DNA from: a virus
Lineage: Duplodnaviria; Caudoviricetes
Virus record (IMG/VR): IMGVR_UViG_3300017763_000088
Location: 1-33,181 of that record
Length of the DNA stretch: 33,181 bases
Direction: 5' to 3' (one strand)
Shown here: positions 24,777 through 33,181 of the stretch, piece after piece
Layout: each line of letters begins with the position of its first letter
Numbering within the stretch: the stretch's first letter is position 1
The notes under the pieces: model-generated
What the model saw: only the letters and a program-made list of their open reading frames with translations
Database searches by the model: none
What the model was told of the DNA's origin: nothing
Made by a program: the position numbers and the translations under genes

Positions 24777-25560
24777 ATTTAAGTTTTTTATCTATGGATT
24801 TATAAACTTCAAGTCCTTCATCTGTTTTAAACCAAGCAGCTAAAGCTGAATATGGATTTTCATCAAAAGGAACTGTCATAAGCTTTCTTCCATTAGTTGC
24901 CCAAGTAAAAGTTCTCTGATCTGAGGCTAAATTTATTACTCCAGAATCAACAGCATTTATACCAAAGTTTCTTAAAACAACATTGTCATCATTTGCTAAA
25001 TCAATAAATAATTTTGGATTATGTCTAGCAAATAATAATAAATCTCTTTTTAATTCTTTTGAAGACAAATTATTTACATCAGAACCTAATTCAACTCTTA
25101 ATATAGCTTCTGCTTGTTCTATATCCATAGCTCTTGCAGCATTTAAAGCATCTAGTTGTAAATCTAACTCTTCTAATTGATCTACAGCTTCGACTTGCCT
25201 GTCTAATTCAGAAAATATAATATTATTGTGTGGATGATGTTTTAGAAATTCTTGTAAATTTCTTTTTTCTTTTGGTACAAATAAAACACCTTTTTCAAAA
25301 ACAATATGTTTTAAAGTAGCATTTCCAACTTGTTCATCTACAAAAATACTTTTTTGATTAGTAGCATATCTAAGCTCTCTCTCATATCCTTTTTCCTTAT
25401 CAAACCAAACCAAAGGGTATCTTCTAGTATGTTTGCTAGGTATAGTATATGTTAGTGGTTCTTTATTATCTGTTAAATAATAATGTCTATCTTTATATTC
25501 CCAATTATCTTTTTTAACCTCTTGCTTGGGAGCAGGAGCCTTTTTTACTTTTGTTTCCAT
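24775..25560 (-). CDS. Conserved hypothetical phage protein downstream of the capsid genes (261 aa)
   Basis: Long ORF in the structural operon, flanked by terminators, with a RELRYATNQKSIFVDEQ segment. Function not recognised. Confidence 0.75.
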   Translation of the reverse strand: METKVKKAPAPKQEVKKDNWEYKDRHYYLTDNKEPLTYTIPSKHTRRYPLVWFDKEKGYERELRYATNQKSIFVDEQVGNATLKHIVFEKGVLFVPKEKRNLQEFLKHHPHNNIIFSELDRQVEAVDQLEELDLQLDALNAARAMDIEQAEAILRVELGSDVNNLSSKELKRDLLLFARHNPKLFIDLANDDNVVLRNFGINAVDSGVINLASDQRTFTWATNGRKLMTVPFDENPYSALAAWFKTDEGLEVYKSIDKKLK

Positions 25561-25580
25561 AATATAATATAATATAATAA
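25561..25580 (-). promoter_or_regulatory. (TATTA)n tract abutting the start codon
   Basis: TTATTATATTATATTATATT-ATG; 14 nt are identical to the tract in front of the scaffold gene. Confidence 0.5.
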
Positions 25581-25582
25581 TT

Positions 25583-25610
25583 AAAAAAGACCCCGCCTAA
25601 GCGGGATCTT
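25583..25610 (-). terminator. Intrinsic terminator after the capsid and 99-aa genes
   Basis: Minus strand AAGATCCCGC-ttag-GCGGGGTCTT then TTTT. Confidence 0.85.
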
Positions 25611-25625
25611 GTTATTGTTTATTTA

Positions 25626-25925
25626 TTAGCCTATTGCAGTGCTAGCAAGAGTATTTGAAAGACTAACGTCTATCATACCTGCTCCACCACCAATTAAACC
25701 AACAGCTTCATTCAAAGCTTGAACATCTGCTTGAACAAATCCTCCACCAGTACTACCATCATTAGTAGAAGTTAGTGTAAGAACGTCATTATTAGCAGTA
25801 GCAGAAATATATGCAACATCTATTTTTGCAGATGTACCAGTTCCACTTAGTGCTATTCTAGCTACTTGTTCTGCGCATACAACATCAAATGCACCTGCAG
25901 CTTTTTTTACTTTTACGTATCCCAT
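25626..25925 (-). CDS. Small Ala/Gly-rich protein (99 aa), candidate capsid auxiliary/decoration protein
   Basis: Directly follows the major capsid gene, upstream of the same terminator, with a structural-protein composition. Confidence 0.55.
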   Translation of the reverse strand: MGYVKVKKAAGAFDVVCAEQVARIALSGTGTSAKIDVAYISATANNDVLTLTSTNDGSTGGGFVQADVQALNEAVGLIGGGAGMIDVSLSNTLASTAIG

Positions 25926-25952
25926 AATTTCTATTCTTTTAAATGTTAATAA

Positions 25953-27434
25953 TTATACAGTCTTAAATAACACGAAGTTATTAGCAGCTTGTGTTACTAA
26001 ACATCTTTCAGTTAAGAAATGTACGTCCATAGCATCTAAAGCATCAGTATACGCTCCGCCAACAGAACCAGTAATCCAGTTTTTGTAACGTCTATCTTCA
26101 GTTTCAGAAGCTCTATATCTTACGTGTAAGAATGGTCGTCTGATATTTGATCCTAACATTTGATCATATACTGTAGTGGTTCCAGCAGGAATCATTACAC
26201 CATCAATAGCATTAGATAAACCTCTTGTAGAAGCATCATTTAGATATTTCCAATCAGTTTTGTAGAAGTCATAAGAACCTCTTCTAAAGCCAGTGAATCC
26301 AAAGTTAAGTGCCATTTCTGATTCATTATCAAATAAACCATAAGAAGCAGCAGCAGAAGAAGCAAAAGCTCCGTTCATAGCAGCAATCATATCATCAAAA
26401 TCTAAAGCAGTAGATCTTTGTAAGAAAAGCATGTTTTCTTCAATAGCTCCTTGCTTGTCTAAGTTTTTAAGGATTTCATCGAAATCACCTAAAGCACCAG
26501 AACCAGGAGCAGCAGCTCCAGCAAATCCTTGATATACATTACCTCTTGCTTCAATAGCAGCAAATAAACCTTCTGTACCTTTTAAATTAATACCAGTAGA
26601 AGCACCAGGCATAGCAACTGTGTGTCCAGCTAATTCACCTTCAACCATTGCCATTTCCATGTAATCTTCAAATCTAAGTCTAGTTTCAGACTCAGCTTTT
26701 AGATACCATAGGTAGCCAGATGTTCCATCTTCAGTAGCAACTTCAATCCAACCAATTTGAGCAGCATCAGAACCATTAACTTGGTACTTGTCTCTAATAA
26801 TAATTGGAGAGTTGTGATATTCTGTAAAGCTAGGCTCGATAGAATCCATAGTAGCATCTGTAGATCCTTTACCAAACTCAGAACCATAAACAAATAGGTT
26901 CAAGGAAGCCGCACCAGTTAACTGTAATCCAGCTTTAACAGTAGCTATATCATAAGGAGTAACTGTAATTTCTGCTTTTGTAGCAACCCCTGTTGGCTGA
27001 GTTACACCAGTTACGATAAACTTCTGTGTTACTAAACCTGTAGCGTTATCAGAAACTAATATAGTGTTATTAACTTTTATAGCTGCAGTATTATTACCTC
27101 TACCATTAGTTGTTGGATTAGCGTTAGCTAATTCTATTTCAAAAATAACACCTGATTTCCACTCTACCTCATTATAAGATACATGTAATCTATTTTGTTC
27201 AGACCATAATACTTGATCTGATGTCATTGGCATTTCAGCGCCAACCATTCTTAAGAAACCTGCTAACGTTCTGTTACCATATCTCTCAACTTCAGCTTCA
27301 TAAAGCTCAGGTAAATACTGTTGAGCCCAGTCAGACGTACCGTCTGCAAAGTTCAAATAGTTATTATCTAATGCTTGTTTCTTTTGAGCTGGAATTAAAC
27401 TTGCAGGAAAACTCCCACTTGTTGCAAAACTCAT
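25953..27434 (-). CDS. Major capsid protein (493 aa)
   Basis: Position after portal and scaffold, strong codon bias and a terminator shortly downstream. WAQQYLPELYEAEVERYGNRT, YGSEFGKG, GTEGLFAAIEARGN and FLTERCL segments fit an HK97-fold MCP of Bacteroidota phages (recall). Confidence 0.85.
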   Translation of the reverse strand: MSFATSGSFPASLIPAQKKQALDNNYLNFADGTSDWAQQYLPELYEAEVERYGNRTLAGFLRMVGAEMPMTSDQVLWSEQNRLHVSYNEVEWKSGVIFEIELANANPTTNGRGNNTAAIKVNNTILVSDNATGLVTQKFIVTGVTQPTGVATKAEITVTPYDIATVKAGLQLTGAASLNLFVYGSEFGKGSTDATMDSIEPSFTEYHNSPIIIRDKYQVNGSDAAQIGWIEVATEDGTSGYLWYLKAESETRLRFEDYMEMAMVEGELAGHTVAMPGASTGINLKGTEGLFAAIEARGNVYQGFAGAAAPGSGALGDFDEILKNLDKQGAIEENMLFLQRSTALDFDDMIAAMNGAFASSAAASYGLFDNESEMALNFGFTGFRRGSYDFYKTDWKYLNDASTRGLSNAIDGVMIPAGTTTVYDQMLGSNIRRPFLHVRYRASETEDRRYKNWITGSVGGAYTDALDAMDVHFLTERCLVTQAANNFVLFKTV

Positions 27435-27454
27435 ATTTATATTTTTAGTTTAAG

Positions 27455-28606
27455 TTATTTTTTTGTTTTTATTTTTAACTTAGAACTATCTACACCACTA
27501 ATTGCTTTTATTTTTAACCCATTAATAAACATTTCACCAGAGCTAGTAGCTCTAACTTCATTTGTTATATTTTTAGATTTAGCATTAACATCTCTTATAG
27601 CGTCAGTTTTACCTTGCTCGTAAAAATGTTTTGCTATTTTATCAGCGTTATTAGCAGTATACAAGGCTTTGTGATAACCTCTATAATCTTCGATTTCACC
27701 TTTTTTATCTAGGAACTTCCCAACAAAATTATTTAAATCAGATTGATTTTGAGCAACATCATTCTTGTTATTTACATTATATCTAAAAGCTTTTTCACCA
27801 ACGCTATATTCAAAACCTTTGAATTCATCAGAGAATAATTTTTTAGTATTGTTTGTAAAACTTTCGTGACGCTGTTGAATCACCTTCTGTTCTTCGTTGT
27901 ATCTATTGAAAAAGTCATTAGCTTTTTTTTGTTCTTTAGATACTGAAGGTTTCAACTTGATCTCTTCATAGTATTTTTCTTTAGAACTATCTAAAAAGCT
28001 TTTGGCTTTGGCAATTTCTTCTTTGTAAGCTAGTTTTTTCTTTTTAACCACTCTATCTTCTTCATCTTCATCCCACGCAAAATTATCATCCATTAAAAAA
28101 TTTATTTCTTCTGAATTCAAATGTGGTTTGCTTACACTATAATATTCTTTAAGTAATTGTTCTCCGTTTAACTTACCGTAGTCTTTGTTTAAATTAACGT
28201 AATCTTCGACAGTGCCACCAGTATCTTTCATGAAGTCTACTAGCTTTTCAATGTTTTCTGGTAAGTCTATTTGTGGATTTTCTTTTACTTCTTCTTTAAT
28301 TTCTTCTACAACCTCTTTAGTTTCTTTAACTTCTTTATCTTTTTCTTCTACTTTTATTTCTTCAATAATTGGAGATTCCTCAGTTTTAGTTTCTTCTACT
28401 ACAGGTTGTTCAACCTTAACTTCTTCCACTTTAGTTTCTTCAACTACTTCTGGTTCAGTTTTAGTTTCTTCTTTTGGCTCTTCTTTTTTAGCCATATCTA
28501 ACTTAGTTATTTCTTTATTAGTAACTAATTTTTTAGGTTTCTTTTTTATTTTAAAGTCACCTTGTTCTAGTTCGCCAGCGGCGGTTTCTTTTATTTGTTC
28601 TGACAT
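27455..28606 (-). CDS. Acidic scaffold-like head assembly protein (383 aa)
   Basis: Lies between portal and MCP; Glu/Lys-rich low-complexity N-terminus, coiled coils and IAKHFYEQGK near the C-terminus. Confidence 0.7.
   Translation of the reverse strand: MSEQIKETAAGELEQGDFKIKKKPKKLVTNKEITKLDMAKKEEPKEETKTEPEVVEETKVEEVKVEQPVVEETKTEESPIIEEIKVEEKDKEVKETKEVVEEIKEEVKENPQIDLPENIEKLVDFMKDTGGTVEDYVNLNKDYGKLNGEQLLKEYYSVSKPHLNSEEINFLMDDNFAWDEDEEDRVVKKKKLAYKEEIAKAKSFLDSSKEKYYEEIKLKPSVSKEQKKANDFFNRYNEEQKVIQQRHESFTNNTKKLFSDEFKGFEYSVGEKAFRYNVNNKNDVAQNQSDLNNFVGKFLDKKGEIEDYRGYHKALYTANNADKIAKHFYEQGKTDAIRDVNAKSKNITNEVRATSSGEMFINGLKIKAISGVDSSKLKIKTKK
28381..28480 (-). repeat. Degenerate coding repeats (EETK x3) in the scaffold protein
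   Basis: tttagtttcttc occurs three times; protein KEETKTEPEVVEETKVEEVKVEQPVVEETKTE. Confidence 0.55.
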
Positions 28607-28620
28607 AATATAATATAATA
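28607..28620 (-). promoter_or_regulatory. (TATTA)n tract abutting the scaffold start codon
   Basis: TATTATATTATATT-ATG, identical to 25561-25574. Confidence 0.5.
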
Positions 28621-28632
28621 GTTAATATAAAA

Positions 28633-31041
28633 TTATCTAGGGGCAAATTGGTCTAAACTAACTCCGCCTAAATTATCATTACCCTTAGATTCAAAGTTGA
28701 TAGGTAAACCATCTTGTTTTCTCTGGGTTATCATTTCACTCTGTTGAGTGCCTTGAAGCTTAATTCTTTTGTCTTTTCTATCTTCAATTTCTTTTTCTTT
28801 TTGAGATATAACATTAGACTGCTCTTTAGCTAGTTTAATGTTATAATCAAACTCTTGTTGCATTAGACCTCTTTTTATCTCTGCTTCGGTTTGCATTCTT
28901 TGTATTTCAAATTGAGACTTGGCTTGCTCTACTTGAACTTTACTACTAGTTAAAGCTTCTTGTTTTTGTAATTCAGCTAGAATAGTTTTTTCTGCAGTTT
29001 CAGCTTGAGCTTGAGCTTGAGCTTGTATTTGTTGTAGTTTTAACTCTTGGTCTTTAGCTTGTTTTTCTTGTCTTCTTTTCTTAAGTAAAGTATTGGCTAA
29101 TTTTAAATTGTTTACATTTCTAATGTCAATAGCATCTTCTAAATCTATTGATTGGGTAGATAAAGCTACTTGAATGTTTTGTTCTAATTTAGCTTTTTCT
29201 TCATCATCTGGTTCTAATTCTATAAATATTCCAAAGTCGTGGATATTAATGCTAGTTAACTCATCTAATGTGTTAGTATTAAAATTAGATATACTATTTA
29301 TTAAAGACATTCTAGTTAATGGAAACATTAAAGAATCACTAACTCTTAAAGATATGTTTTCACATGTTCTAAGTGTTAAATATAAACTTGCTTGAAGAAT
29401 ATGTCTTGTAGCTGTATTTGAATTAGCTGCAGCAAGCTTTTGTATACCTACTAAAGAGTTTTTATCTGGAACACTACCATCTCTAGCTTCATTAAGCCCG
29501 GTAACATCTCTAATCATTTGTAAATAGTAATTATACGTCTGAATTAAAGAGTTTATTTTAGCTCCTCCAGAAGAAGATTGAAGTTCTTGTACAGGTATTT
29601 TACCTCTGTTAATTTCACCATCTTGAGTTAAGGATCTACCTATAACACTACCAGTTTGAAAATACATATTCAAAGCTTCAGCTGGGTTGTAGTTAGTACC
29701 ATTACCTAGATCTACTTCTGCTAAACCATCCATGTCTAAATAAACTCCATCAGGAACCATTCTAGACATTACTTGTTGAAGTTTTAAATGAGTGAGCTGT
29801 ATCATGTCAGCAAACCCAGTTACTCTACTTACTAAGCTTTCTATTCTACCTTGATACATTCTAGGTGCCGTTATAGTATAACTAAGATTTACTTTACTTG
29901 TATCAGCATAAGGTCTTGTCATATTTTCTGCCAAACGCCAATCAAGCATTTCTTCCATACCTAACACTTTAGCTCCACTATATAATGTTTCTATACTTCT
30001 AGAAGCTTTTTTAAAGTTGTCTGTTTCTTTTACTTCTAAAAAAGTATCTTCCTTTTCAATAGTTTTCTCTAACCCTGTAGCAGTAGTTTTTATTTTAAAT
30101 ACCTGGTCAATATAACTTTTCCACTCAAAATATAATACTTGAACTGTATTCTGATCATATCTACCATTAAAATTAGGCGAATAAGCCGTGTTGCCTGTGT
30201 AGTTTTGTAGTTTTTTAACTTGTTCTGGAGTTAAACTAGGAAATTGTTTTTTAAGTTCTACTATAGGAACATTTTTAACTTCACCTACGTAGTATACATC
30301 TTCAAAGTTAGGATCGTTAGTATATGAGTATACTATGTTAGAAGGATCAACATAATCAATAACTATTCCTTCAGCTGGATTCCATGAAGTTTTAACACAA
30401 GATATTCCTAAAACTGTTAAATCATAATTAAGTCTTTTTCTAATTAAATGATATTTGTTTTTATCTAATATTTGTGAAATAAGTTCTTCTTCTGCAACTT
30501 CTATAGATTGTTTATAATCCATTTGCATATGTGCTGGAATATCTTCTAATGTTTCAGGAGTGTTTTTAGCAGTGGATTCAGATAGGTCTATACCAAACTG
30601 CTGCATAACCATTTCATTAAACTTTTTAGCCTCTATGTCCATCATTATTCGCTGAGCATATAAAGTTCTTTTTCTCAATGAAGTAGGATCTTGAGCTAAA
30701 GCTTTTACTTCATAAGATCTTTGAGACATGCCATTAACAACAATATCTACAAACTTAGGAATAATAGGTACGGGTTTCCAGTCTAGGTTTAAGTAAGATA
30801 AATCTCCATTTATAGCTAGCTCATCTTTATATTTTTGTACTGGCTGTTCTGCTCTAGCGTAAAGTCTTAAATTATGAAAGTTATTGTAGTTTGTCATGTA
30901 TCTATAACCAACTCCTTGTGAATTTCTAAACCATTCACCTTCAATAGCTCTCGCAACTTTTAAACCATATTCGTAAGTAGCTTTCTCAGCAGCAGGTACG
31001 ACCTGGTCCGGAAATGTACTATATGTAGTTGTAGCTTGCAT
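28633..31041 (-). CDS. Portal protein (802 aa)
   Basis: Directly follows the terminase. LDWKPVPIIPKFVDIVVNG and MIRDVTGLNEARDGS segments plus a long Gln-rich C-terminal coiled-coil barrel as in P22/crAss-type portals. Confidence 0.85.
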   Translation of the reverse strand: MQATTTYSTFPDQVVPAAEKATYEYGLKVARAIEGEWFRNSQGVGYRYMTNYNNFHNLRLYARAEQPVQKYKDELAINGDLSYLNLDWKPVPIIPKFVDIVVNGMSQRSYEVKALAQDPTSLRKRTLYAQRIMMDIEAKKFNEMVMQQFGIDLSESTAKNTPETLEDIPAHMQMDYKQSIEVAEEELISQILDKNKYHLIRKRLNYDLTVLGISCVKTSWNPAEGIVIDYVDPSNIVYSYTNDPNFEDVYYVGEVKNVPIVELKKQFPSLTPEQVKKLQNYTGNTAYSPNFNGRYDQNTVQVLYFEWKSYIDQVFKIKTTATGLEKTIEKEDTFLEVKETDNFKKASRSIETLYSGAKVLGMEEMLDWRLAENMTRPYADTSKVNLSYTITAPRMYQGRIESLVSRVTGFADMIQLTHLKLQQVMSRMVPDGVYLDMDGLAEVDLGNGTNYNPAEALNMYFQTGSVIGRSLTQDGEINRGKIPVQELQSSSGGAKINSLIQTYNYYLQMIRDVTGLNEARDGSVPDKNSLVGIQKLAAANSNTATRHILQASLYLTLRTCENISLRVSDSLMFPLTRMSLINSISNFNTNTLDELTSINIHDFGIFIELEPDDEEKAKLEQNIQVALSTQSIDLEDAIDIRNVNNLKLANTLLKKRRQEKQAKDQELKLQQIQAQAQAQAETAEKTILAELQKQEALTSSKVQVEQAKSQFEIQRMQTEAEIKRGLMQQEFDYNIKLAKEQSNVISQKEKEIEDRKDKRIKLQGTQQSEMITQRKQDGLPINFESKGNDNLGGVSLDQFAPR

Positions 31042-31046
31042 ATATA

Positions 31047-33179
31047 TTAATTAATTTTTGATATTACGCCGGTATTATCATAAGTTCTAATATCAAGATT
31101 TATTTTATTAGTAATTTTGTTAGGCACAGGTCTATATAAATTTTTATTACAAGCCATTATAGCAAGTCCTGAGCTTATAGTAGCATCGTGCTTAGTTCTA
31201 CTGTTTATATTAAAAACAGCCCAATCTTCTAATGTTCTTTGATGATACATATCACCATATGAATTATCTTTAGATCCTACAAATTTTTCAATATAACTTT
31301 CTACAGCAGCGGCGTGAGCTTGCTTTATATCCTCACTTGAGTTAGGTATTCCACCTATCTCTCTTTCCGTTATAGATAATTTATTAATAAGCTTATCAGG
31401 CCTATTCATTGAAAAACCTCTATAACCTCTACGCTTAAAATAATACAGTAGTCTTGGTTTGTTGTTTTCGCAAAGTAAAGGCATGCCATAAAATACACAA
31501 GCCATTAATACATCTTCAAAAAATATCTCAGCAGTTTGAGGTCTAGCTATATACTCTAAGAAGAAATGATTAGAAGGAGCTTCTTCCATAGAAAACTTAG
31601 TTAAACCATGAAGTGCCCCATTAGAACCTTTACCATCAACAGTACCACTAATATCATAACTATCACAACCAAAAGCACCAATATGTTCGTTACCAGGGTA
31701 TTTAATTCCATTTTTTATAATCACTCGATTTTGAAGATTTTTAGGTGGAACCCAGCTAATTCTAAATCTACCATCATTATTAGGATGAAAAATAACACTA
31801 GTATCTTTAATACCGTTCACCCAACTAAAACTTCCTTTAGTTACATTTAAGCTATTATTTAAAGAATCATTATGATCTATTTGTTCATAGATTTTTACTA
31901 AATTAAATAAACTTTGTTTTGTTTCATCTCTAAAAGCGTGAGCTTCAGTTCTTGGGAATTGTCTATAATATTCGTTTAAACTATCTTGATCAGACTTTAA
32001 GCCTTCAACCTCGTTTTCCCAGTGTTCAATAACGCCTGTTGTAATTTCAAAACCGTCAACTCCTTTGATTGGATCTTCTTTTCCAATGAAAACAGGTGAT
32101 CCGTAAGAATCCATGAATCCTTCGTAGTTCCATTCCATAGGGACGAACAAAGAATAGAGTCCAGAAGAAGTTTGTCCATTTCTATTTCTTTTTGTAACGT
32201 CTGAATTATAGTATAATTTTTTGAAGTTGTTTCCACCTTTGTCTAATGAGTTAGATGTTGAGCCCATCATACACTTACCTACGATTCTAGAACCAAGACG
32301 CAATGTAGTTTTTGTAACTCTCCAGTTGTTTAATATATTATCAGGTCTCTCCCATTTGCCACTCTCATCATGTGCTAATAGCTTTAACTTTTCACCGTCG
32401 TAAGAGTTGTCACCAGTATTTTTCCAGTCAATAGTTGTGTCAAGCCCGTCTAGTTCTCTTAATTGTTCATTGCTTTCAAGCTTCCTTCTAGTAAACTTTG
32501 AAGCTGGAACTCTGTATGCAAGTTCTGTTTTAGGACGATCCATACCGTCTTGTATCGGTTTGAAGAAAAACGGATAGTTAACGGATATTGGAACGACTTT
32601 ATCTGTAAACATTTTTTTAGCATCTGCTCCAGATTTAGACAATATACCGAATCTGGAGTCACTAGATATTGTTGCTTGGTTAACAAGCTCGGCCGAGGAC
32701 ATAAATGAAAATCCAGATCGTCTGTTTTTAAGATAGCACATGCCGTAACATCTGTTATCTGCCTTGCATGCTTCCCAAAATAAAAAGAATAATCTATTTG
32801 CTTCTCTGTAATCTGGTGCTCCAACGTCGATCTTTGACCATTGTAAGTACATGTAATGAGTACCAGTAATATAAGTAGGAGTACCGTTATTATAGAACCA
32901 GTAACCTTGTTCTCTTCTTTTAAATTCTTCATCTATATAATCGTACCACTTTTCTTTAAACTCAGCTGGATATTCTTCCCAGTCAAACCTATTTTTAATT
33001 CTACTTAACTCTTTTGGATATTCTGCTTTTTCCCAGCGTTGTTCCGCTTTTTCTTTACTTCGTTTAAACGGTTCATCTGTTGCTGGTAAAGCAATCCTGA
33101 GATTCTGTATTTCAATGATTTGTCCAATTTTTCCAGTTTTACTTATTACTATAAAATCATAATCAGAATTATAACCATA
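31047..33179 (-). CDS. terL: Terminase large subunit; N-terminus lies beyond the right edge
   Basis: The frame stays open from 33179 (YGYNSDYDFIVISKTG...YITGTHYMYLQW), so the track's start at 32852 is internal. It has Walker A-like LKNRRSGFS, Walker B LLAHDESGK, coupling motif GST and RNase H-like nuclease residues FGCDSYD...HDATIS. Confidence 0.9.
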   Translation of the reverse strand, partial: YGYNSDYDFIVISKTGKIGQIIEIQNLRIALPATDEPFKRSKEKAEQRWEKAEYPKELSRIKNRFDWEEYPAEFKEKWYDYIDEEFKRREQGYWFYNNGTPTYITGTHYMYLQWSKIDVGAPDYREANRLFFLFWEACKADNRCYGMCYLKNRRSGFSFMSSAELVNQATISSDSRFGILSKSGADAKKMFTDKVVPISVNYPFFFKPIQDGMDRPKTELAYRVPASKFTRRKLESNEQLRELDGLDTTIDWKNTGDNSYDGEKLKLLAHDESGKWERPDNILNNWRVTKTTLRLGSRIVGKCMMGSTSNSLDKGGNNFKKLYYNSDVTKRNRNGQTSSGLYSLFVPMEWNYEGFMDSYGSPVFIGKEDPIKGVDGFEITTGVIEHWENEVEGLKSDQDSLNEYYRQFPRTEAHAFRDETKQSLFNLVKIYEQIDHNDSLNNSLNVTKGSFSWVNGIKDTSVIFHPNNDGRFRISWVPPKNLQNRVIIKNGIKYPGNEHIGAFGCDSYDISGTVDGKGSNGALHGLTKFSMEEAPSNHFFLEYIARPQTAEIFFEDVLMACVFYGMPLLCENNKPRLLYYFKRRGYRGFSMNRPDKLINKLSITEREIGGIPNSSEDIKQAHAAAVESYIEKFVGSKDNSYGDMYHQRTLEDWAVFNINSRTKHDATISSGLAIMACNKNLYRPVPNKITNKINLDIRTYDNTGVISKIN

Positions 33180-33181
33180 AT

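Larger units (their letters stand above)
1..33181. mobile_element. Tailed dsDNA bacteriophage genome fragment (podovirus-like, probably Bacteroidota-infecting)
   Basis: Contiguous terminase-portal-scaffold-capsid-ring-tail-ejection gene order, dense packing with ATGA/TAATG overlaps, a phage-type RNR and no host housekeeping genes. A/T-rich start contexts without Shine-Dalgarno motifs fit a Bacteroidota host (inference). Confidence 0.93.

Noticed and set aside
29001-29025. (GCTTGA)n hexamer tandem repeat
   Set aside because: It simply encodes QAQAQAQA in the portal coiled coil; not a CRISPR or regulatory repeat.
1343-32403. The many plus-strand ORFs in the track (e.g. 1343-1819, 2816-3139, 8044-8886, 13998-14459, 28212-28613)
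   Set aside because: All are antisense to well-supported genes, with Ser/Phe/Leu-rich composition mirroring Lys/Glu-rich sense codons.
26699-32932. Same-strand out-of-frame ORFs inside MCP and terL (26699-26893, 31997-32236, 32459-32932)
   Set aside because: Fully nested in conserved genes with no recognisable motifs or initiation context; no lipobox suggesting a nested o-spanin was seen.
1-33181. Stop-codon reassignment as in some crAss-like phages
   Set aside because: Very long ORFs are intact in the standard code, and TAA, TAG and TGA all end genes at tight junctions.
1-33181. tRNA genes, CRISPR arrays, introns/inteins, diversity-generating retroelement, integrase/att sites
   Set aside because: Intergenic gaps are too short for tRNAs or arrays, and no spaced direct repeats, reverse transcriptase, homing endonuclease insertion or recombinase was recognised by eye.

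Overview
This is a 33 kb AT-rich fragment of a tailed dsDNA phage genome. Gene content and order point to a podovirus-type phage, probably infecting Bacteroidota (Flavobacteriia-like), with a crAss-like head-tail layout; both points are inferred from family recall, not from a database search. Almost the whole window is one minus-strand late/structural block. In order it holds the terminase large subunit (cut by the right edge), portal, acidic scaffold-like protein, major capsid protein, a duplicated pair of ring/adaptor genes, two tail stabilisation/muzzle-like genes, a cupin, two small ejection-type proteins and a 3265-aa giant protein. It ends in a cluster of tiny Lys/Cys-rich proteins, a PAP2-type phosphatase and a small HExxH peptidase. 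This block converges at a bidirectional terminator (about 846-879) on a short plus-strand block: the 3' end of a class II (B12-dependent) ribonucleotide reductase, a 51-aa membrane protein and an unannotated 13-codon CxxC-CxxC micro-ORF. The most notable feature is the giant protein. It looks like an injected polyvalent protein carrying a zincin motif, an ECF-sigma region-2-like segment, an EHxxP domain and a HAD phosphatase, with domains bounded by repeated (K/R/S)FS linkers, including two QQxxVKFSET copies. No tRNA, rRNA, CRISPR array or integrase was recognised.
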